Source: a virus (taxonomy: Duplodnaviria; Heunggongvirae; Uroviricota; Caudoviricetes). Taken from it: a stretch of DNA of 25,676 nt. A program made the translations under genes and the position numbers. Of the stretch, positions 20,530 to 25,676 are shown one piece after another. The stretch lies in the IMG/VR virus record IMGVR_UViG_2698536687_000007; one strand, 5' to 3'. The first letter of the stretch is position 1; each line of letters begins with the position of its first letter. A model generated the notes under the pieces. That model worked only from the letters and a program-made list of their open reading frames with translations. It did not search any database and was not told the DNA's origin.

Positions 20530-20869
20530 TAGCTAATCAACAAAGCTAAGGTTAGTAATTAAGGAGTTCTCCACGGGTGAGGTGGAGTGCGTGCGCCGGA
20601 CACGGGTGCGCATCCGGAACTGACAGTTTACTGAAAGGATATTTCCCTGAAAAGTCAGACCATAACGCGAAAGCGCACGGCGAGGTAGCTGGTTCATAGA
20701 TAGCCTGTCGTTAAATTTTCGTCGACCGTGCGCTTCCGGTTGTGGCAACCCGCGAAATGGCGCGGCGGTAAGTATGGCGGGGTTATTCCTTCCCCGTTGA
20801 GGACACCGGGTTGTCAGGTTGACCATACGCTTAAGTGACAACCCCGCTGCAACGCCCTCTGTTATCAAT

Positions 20870-20927
20870 TTTCTGGTGACGTTTGGCGGTATCAGTTTTA
20901 CTCCGTGACTGCTCTGCCGCCCTTTTT
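20870..20927 (+). ncRNA. dicF: DicF small regulatory RNA (ftsZ-targeting sRNA) with its intrinsic terminator
   Basis: TTTCTGGTGACGTTTGGCGGTATCAGTTTTACTCCGTGACTGCTCTGCCGCCCTTTTT matches the DicF sequence as I recall it; GC stem plus T-run at the 3' end; sits between ydfC and dicB. Confidence 0.8.
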
Positions 20928-21096
20928 AAAGTGAATTTTGTGATGTGGTGAATGCGGCTGAGCGCACGCGGAACAGTTAAAACCAAAAACAGTGTTATGG
21001 GTGGATTCTCTGTATCCGGCGTTAATTGTTAACTGGTTAACGTCACCTGGAGGCACCAGGCACTGCATCACAAAATTCATTGTTGAGGACGCGATA

Positions 21097-21285
21097 ATGA
21101 AAACGTTATTACCAAACGTTAATACGTCTGAAGGTTGTTTTGAAATTGGTGTCACTATCAGTAACCCAGTATTTACTGAAGATGCCATTAACAAGAGAAA
21201 ACAAGAACGGGAGCTATTAAATAAAATATGCATTGTTTCAATGCTGGCTCGTTTACGTCTGATGCCAAAAGGATGTGCACAATGA
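21097..21285 (+). CDS. dicB: Cell-division inhibitor DicB (62 aa)
   Basis: ATG at 21097 inside ORF 20992..21285; MKTLLPNVNTSEGCFEIGVTISNPVFTEDAINKRKQERELLNKICIVSMLARLRLMPKGCAQ. Confidence 0.85.
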   Translation: MKTLLPNVNTSEGCFEIGVTISNPVFTEDAINKRKQERELLNKICIVSMLARLRLMPKGCAQ

Positions 21286-21473
21286 ATTCAGCATTTGTGC
21301 TTGTTCTGACAGTTTTTCTTGTTTCCGGAGAGCCAGTTGATATTGCAGTCAGTGTTCACAGGACAATGCAGGAGTGTATGACTGCAGCAACCGAACAGAA
21401 AATTCCCGGTAACTGTTACCCGGTCGATAAAGTTATTCACCAGGATAATATCGAAATCCCGGCAGGTCTTTAA
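21282..21473 (+). CDS. ydfD: YdfD-like small lysis-associated membrane protein (63 aa)
   Basis: ATG at 21282 overlapping the dicB stop (ATGA); MNSAFVLVLTVFLVSGEPVDIAVSVHRTMQECMTAATEQKIPGNCYPVDKVIHQDNIEIPAGL. Confidence 0.75.
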   Translation: MNSAFVLVLTVFLVSGEPVDIAVSVHRTMQECMTAATEQKIPGNCYPVDKVIHQDNIEIPAGL

Positions 21474-21565
21474 AACAGTTCCGTAATAAATATCCGGTTT
21501 CATTCTTATATGCCAGCAATGGCAGGGATTTGTTCATCCTTAAATCTGTCATGAGGTTAAAACAA

Positions 21566-24037
21566 ATGAGTAAAGTCTTTATTTGCGCCGCTATTCCTGA
21601 CGAACTGGCAACAAGGGAAGAAGGCGCTGTGGCTGTAGCCACAGCCATTGAAGCTGGCGACGAACGCCGTGCTCGAGCAAAATTTCACTGGCAATTCCTG
21701 GAACATTATCCGGCTGCTCAGGACTGCGCTTATAAATTTATTGTCTGCGAGGATAAACCTGGCATACCCCGCCCTGCCCTCGATTCATGGGATGCTGAAT
21801 ATATGCAGGAAAACCGCTGGGATGAGGAGTCTGCTTCTTTTGTCCCGGTTGAGACTGAATCCGATCCGATGAACGTCACTTTTGACAAGCTGGCCCCTGA
21901 AGTACAGAACGCTGTCATGGTTAAGTTCGACACATGTGAAAACATCACCGTTGATATGGTTATTAGCGCACAGGAATTGTTGCAGGAAGACATGGCAACA
22001 TTCGACGGACATATCGTTGAAGCGTTGATGAAAATGCCAGAAGTTAACGCCATGTATCCGGAGCTTAAGTTGCACGCCATTGGGTGGGTTAAGCATAAAT
22101 GTATTCCTGGTGCTAAATGGCCCGAAATTCAGGCAGAGATGCGCATCTGGAAAAAACGTCGCGAAGGTGAACGCAAGGAAACCGGAAAATACACGTCTGT
22201 TGTTGATCTCGCCCGCGCCAGAGCCAATCAACAGTACACTGAAAATTCAACAGGAAAAATCAGCCCGGTCATTGCTGCCATTCATCGCGAATACAAGCAG
22301 ACATGGAAAACACTGGATGACGAACTGGCCTACGCTCTCTGGCCTAGTGATGTGGATGCCGGAAACATTGACGGCAGCATCCATCGCTGGGCAAAAAAAG
22401 AAGTTATCGACAACGACCGCGAAGACTGGAAGCGTATCTCGGCATCAATGCGCAAACAGCCTGATGCCCTTCGCTACGACCGCCAAACTATTTTTGGCCT
22501 TGTCCGTGAGCGTCCGATCGACATTCACAAAGATCCCGTAGCACTGAACAAATATATCTGCGAATACCTGACGACAAAGGGCGTGTTTGAGAATGAAGAA
22601 ACAGACCTGGGCACTGTTGATGTTCTCCAGTCATCAGAAACACAAACTGATGCAGTGGAAACTGAGGTATCTGATATCCCAAAAAATGAAACCGCGCCGG
22701 AAGCTGAACCATCTGTAGAGCGTGAGGGGCCGTTCTATTTCCTCTTCGCAGATAAGGACGGAGAAAAATACGGTCGCGCAAACAAACTCTCTGGTCTGGA
22801 TAAGGCACTGGCTGCTGGCGCCACTGAAATCACAAAAGAAGAATATTTTGCCCGAAAAAATGGCACATACACGGGCTTACCGCAAAATGTAGATACCGCT
22901 GAAGATTCAGAACAACCAGAGCCGATAAAAGTTACCGCTGACGAAGTAAACAAAATTATGCAGGCAGCCAATATCAGCCAGCCTGACGCCGATAAGTTGC
23001 TTGCTGCATCACGTGGTGAATTTGTTGAAGGGATTAGTGACCCGAATGATCCGAAATGGGTTAAGGGGCTCCAGACCCGCGATTCTGTGAACCAGAACCA
23101 GCATGAATCGGAACGGAACTACCAAAAAGCGGAACAAAACAGTCCAAATGCGTTACAAAACGAGCCAGAAACGAAACAGCCTGAACCAGTAGCGCAACAG
23201 GAAGTGGAAAAAGTCTGCACCGCCTGCGGTCAGACCGGCGGCGGCAACTGCCCTGATTGTGGCGCGGTGATGGGCGACGCAACATACCAAGAAACATTCG
23301 ATGAAGAGTATCAGGTTGAAGTTCAGGAAGATGATCCGGAGGAAATGGAAGGCGCTGAACATCCACACAAGGAGAACACTGGCGGCAATCAGCATCACAA
23401 TAGCGATAATGAAACTGGCGAGACGGCAGATCACCCAATTAAGGTGAACGGTCATCACGAAATCACATCCACCAGCAGGACGTGTGACCATCTAATGATC
23501 GACCTTGAAACCATGGGAAAAAATCCTGATGCCCCGATCATCTCAATAGGTGCAATATTTTTCGATCCGCAAACCGGAGATATGGGACCGGAATTTAGTA
23601 AGACTATCGATCTGGAAACTGCTGGCGGAGTCATTGATCGGGACACCATTAAATGGTGGCTTAAGCAATCACGCGAAGCGCAATCTGCCATTATGACCGA
23701 TGAAATCCCGTTAGATGATGCACTGTTACAATTGCGAGAATTTATCGACGAAAACTCCGGTGAATTTTTTGTTCAGGTTTGGGGAAATGGAGCCAACTTC
23801 GACAACACGATTTTGCGCCGTTCATACGAACGGCAGGGGATCCCCTGCCCGTGGCGTTACTACAACGATCGCGATGTACGCACAATCGTTGAGCTGGGGA
23901 AAGCCATAGACTTCGATGCCAGAACGGCTATTCCATTCGAAGGTGAGCGCCATAATGCACTTGATGACGCCCGTTACCAGGCAAAATACGTTTCAGTTAT
24001 CTGGCAAAAACTGATCCCGAGTCAGGCTGATTCTTAA
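21566..24037 (+). CDS. ydfE: Large early-operon protein, YdfE-like N-terminus, with Cys4 zinc ribbon and C-terminal DEDDh (DnaQ-like) 3'-5' exonuclease domain
   Basis: ORF 21530..24037; probable start at 21566 (GAGG upstream; MSKVFICAAIPDELATREEG...). Zinc ribbon CTACGQ...CPDCG. C-terminal motifs MIDLETMG (exo I), GNGANFD (exo II), HNALDDA (exo III). Confidence 0.65.
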   Translation: MSKVFICAAIPDELATREEGAVAVATAIEAGDERRARAKFHWQFLEHYPAAQDCAYKFIVCEDKPGIPRPALDSWDAEYMQENRWDEESASFVPVETESDPMNVTFDKLAPEVQNAVMVKFDTCENITVDMVISAQELLQEDMATFDGHIVEALMKMPEVNAMYPELKLHAIGWVKHKCIPGAKWPEIQAEMRIWKKRREGERKETGKYTSVVDLARARANQQYTENSTGKISPVIAAIHREYKQTWKTLDDELAYALWPSDVDAGNIDGSIHRWAKKEVIDNDREDWKRISASMRKQPDALRYDRQTIFGLVRERPIDIHKDPVALNKYICEYLTTKGVFENEETDLGTVDVLQSSETQTDAVETEVSDIPKNETAPEAEPSVEREGPFYFLFADKDGEKYGRANKLSGLDKALAAGATEITKEEYFARKNGTYTGLPQNVDTAEDSEQPEPIKVTADEVNKIMQAANISQPDADKLLAASRGEFVEGISDPNDPKWVKGLQTRDSVNQNQHESERNYQKAEQNSPNALQNEPETKQPEPVAQQEVEKVCTACGQTGGGNCPDCGAVMGDATYQETFDEEYQVEVQEDDPEEMEGAEHPHKENTGGNQHHNSDNETGETADHPIKVNGHHEITSTSRTCDHLMIDLETMGKNPDAPIISIGAIFFDPQTGDMGPEFSKTIDLETAGGVIDRDTIKWWLKQSREAQSAIMTDEIPLDDALLQLREFIDENSGEFFVQVWGNGANFDNTILRRSYERQGIPCPWRYYNDRDVRTIVELGKAIDFDARTAIPFEGERHNALDDARYQAKYVSVIWQKLIPSQADS

Positions 24038-24109
24038 TGTTCAACTGTCGCCGGTTGTGACTGGTATTCTGCAACCGGCGCTCGTCTGATGTAAGAGATA
24101 AAGAAATCG

Positions 24110-24361
24110 ATGAGCGAAGTAATCATGATTGTCTCTCCCGGCAAATGGGTATCCGAAGAGCAGTTAATTGCGCTGAAAGGAATAAAAAAAGGTACGTTAA
24201 AAAAGGCCCGGGAAAAATCGTTTATGGAAGGAAGGGAATATAAGCATGTCGCTCATGACGGTATGCCATGGGATAACAGTCCATGCTTTTACAACCTGGA
24301 AGAAATTGATCGCTGGATTGAGCGCCAGGCATCAGCGAGACCAAGACGTCATCTTACTTGA
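24110..24361 (+). CDS. xis: Excisionase-like protein (83 aa)
   Basis: Small basic ORF immediately 5' of the integrase on the same strand; MSEVIMIVSPGKWVSEEQLIALKGIKKGTLKKAREKSFMEGREY...; assignment by position and general resemblance only. Confidence 0.5.
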   Translation: MSEVIMIVSPGKWVSEEQLIALKGIKKGTLKKAREKSFMEGREYKHVAHDGMPWDNSPCFYNLEEIDRWIERQASARPRRHLT

Positions 24362-24395
24362 CTAAAAGCCACACTAACTAATGAGAGAAGTTGAA

Positions 24396-25676
24396 ATGAA
24401 ATATCCGACAGGCGTGGAAAACCATGGAGGGAAATTACGTATCTGGTTTGTTTATAAAGACGTAAGAGTCAGGGAAAATCTGGGGGTTCCTGACACAGCA
24501 AAAAACAGGCGCGTTGCAGGTGAACTACGCTCCTCTGTTTGTTACGCAATAAAAACTGGTGTTTTCGACTATGCAAAACAGTTTCCCTCCTCACGCAATC
24601 TGGAAAAATTTGGTGAGGCCCGACAAGATTTAACCATAAAAGAACTGGCTGAAAAATTTCTGGCACTGAAAGAAACTGAAGTCGCCAAAACATCACTCAA
24701 CACATACCGTGCCGTCATCAAAAATATCCTGAGCATAATCGGTGAAAAAAATCTTGCCTCATCGATTAATAAAGAAAAATTACTGGAGGTTCGTAAAGAG
24801 TTACTGACTGGATACCAGATCCCCAAAAGTAACTATATTGTTACACAACCAGGGAGATCGGCTGTAACTGTAAATAATTACATGACAAATCTTAACGCCG
24901 TGTTCCAGTTTGGTGTTGATAACGGTTACCTGGCAGATAATCCGTTTAAGGGGATCTCGCCATTAAAGGAATCAAGAACCATTCCGGATCCTCTTTCGCG
25001 GGAAGAATTTATCCGTCTTATCGATGCGTGCAGAAATCAGCAAGCAAAAAATTTATGGTGTGTTTCTGTTTATACTGGAGTTCGCCCTGGTGAGCTGTGT
25101 GCACTTGGATGGGAGGACATAGATCTGAAAAATGGAACAATGATGATCAGGAGAAATTTAGCAAAAGACCGTTTCACGGTACCAAAAACACAGGCGGGAA
25201 CCAATCGGGTCATTCATCTTATTAAGCCAGCAATCGACGCTCTCCGGAGTCAGATGACATTAACGAGACTGAGCAAAGAGCATATCATTGATGTTCACCT
25301 CAGAGAGTATGGCAGAACAGAAAAACAAAAATGCACCTTTGTTTTTCAACCTGAAGTGTCAGCGAGAGTAAAAAATTATGGTGACCATTTTACCGTTGAC
25401 TCAATAAGGCAGATGTGGGACGCAGCAATAAAACGTGCCGGACTCCGCCATCGAAAATCATATCAGTCGAGACATACTTATGCCTGCTGGTCGCTGACAG
25501 CTGGTGCTAACCCGGCATTTATAGCAAACCAGATGGGCCATGCAGATGCGCAAATGGTATTTCAGGTATACGGAAAATGGATGTCTGAAAACAATAATGC
25601 ACAGGTAGCTTTGTTAAATACACAGTTAAGCGAGTTTGCCCCAACCATGCCCCATAACGAAGCAATGAAAAATTAA
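24396..25676 (+). CDS. int: Tyrosine site-specific integrase (phage integrase family)
   Basis: ORF 24381..25676; likely start MKYPTGVENHGGKLRIWFVY at 24396; C-terminal catalytic region with conserved Arg, His...Arg...His and Tyr (HRKSYQSRHTYACWSL...QVYGKW); stop codon is the last three bases of the window. Confidence 0.85.
   Translation: MKYPTGVENHGGKLRIWFVYKDVRVRENLGVPDTAKNRRVAGELRSSVCYAIKTGVFDYAKQFPSSRNLEKFGEARQDLTIKELAEKFLALKETEVAKTSLNTYRAVIKNILSIIGEKNLASSINKEKLLEVRKELLTGYQIPKSNYIVTQPGRSAVTVNNYMTNLNAVFQFGVDNGYLADNPFKGISPLKESRTIPDPLSREEFIRLIDACRNQQAKNLWCVSVYTGVRPGELCALGWEDIDLKNGTMMIRRNLAKDRFTVPKTQAGTNRVIHLIKPAIDALRSQMTLTRLSKEHIIDVHLREYGRTEKQKCTFVFQPEVSARVKNYGDHFTVDSIRQMWDAAIKRAGLRHRKSYQSRHTYACWSLTAGANPAFIANQMGHADAQMVFQVYGKWMSENNNAQVALLNTQLSEFAPTMPHNEAMKN

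Noticed and set aside
20533-20868. Minus ORF 20533..20868 (111 aa) between ydfC and dicF
   Set aside because: Lies in the GC-rich structured dicF precursor leader on the opposite strand; arginine-rich translation typical of GC-rich non-coding sequence.
21648-23909. Multiple ORFs inside or antisense to the 835-aa YdfE-like gene (21648..21872, 21730..22080, 21785..22231, 22080..22541, 22488..22808, 22735..22971, 23061..23438, 23153..23491, 23455..23691, 23715..23909)
   Set aside because: The single long plus-strand frame with recognisable exonuclease motifs explains the region; the alternatives are overlapping-frame artefacts.
21530-24037. Calling the 835-aa protein RecE (exonuclease VIII)
   Set aside because: The C-terminal domain shows DnaQ-like DEDDh motifs rather than the nuclease fold expected for RecE/lambda Exo; a central stretch (DADKLLAASRGEFVEGISDPNDPKWVKG) seems familiar from RecE-like proteins but I cannot verify this from memory, so I left it as YdfE-like.

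Overview
This window is most of a defective lambdoid prophage of the E. coli/Shigella type. All homology calls below come from reading the translations and from my memory of lambda and E. coli K-12 Qin (DicB/DicF) prophage proteins; no database search was run. Layout, left to right: (1) a rearranged lambda-like packaging/head block, with a side tail fiber 3' fragment (1-557, minus), an inverted segment 558-3112 carrying terminase-large C-terminal fragment, W, portal B and a truncated C (all plus), then terminase-large N-terminal fragment and Nu1 (minus) and a lambda-like cos site (~5116-5330); (2) a moron block (ynfO, ydfO, gnsB, ynfN, cspI); (3) a lysis cassette on the minus strand (Rz/Rz1, SAR-type endolysin, ydfR, dual-start pinholin), then ynfU-like, cspB, cspF and antiterminator Q; (4) relB-relE-hokD, a ydfV-like ORF and flxA with a sigma28-type promoter; (5) a DDE transposase (IS), a small membrane protein, about 1 kb without long ORFs, a methyltransferase-like fragment coupled to a 140-aa protein, and an O-like replication initiator with an internal iteron array; (6) the immunity/early-left region: dicC, dicA, ydfA, ydfB, ydfC, dicF sRNA, dicB, ydfD, a full-length 835-aa YdfE-like protein with a C-terminal DEDDh exonuclease domain, an excisionase-like gene and a tyrosine integrase ending at the window edge. 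No CRISPR array, tRNA or rRNA was found. I did not find an obviously new multi-gene system; the least explained parts are the terminase-splitting inversion, the YdfE-like exonuclease, and the 15.6-18.0 kb segment.
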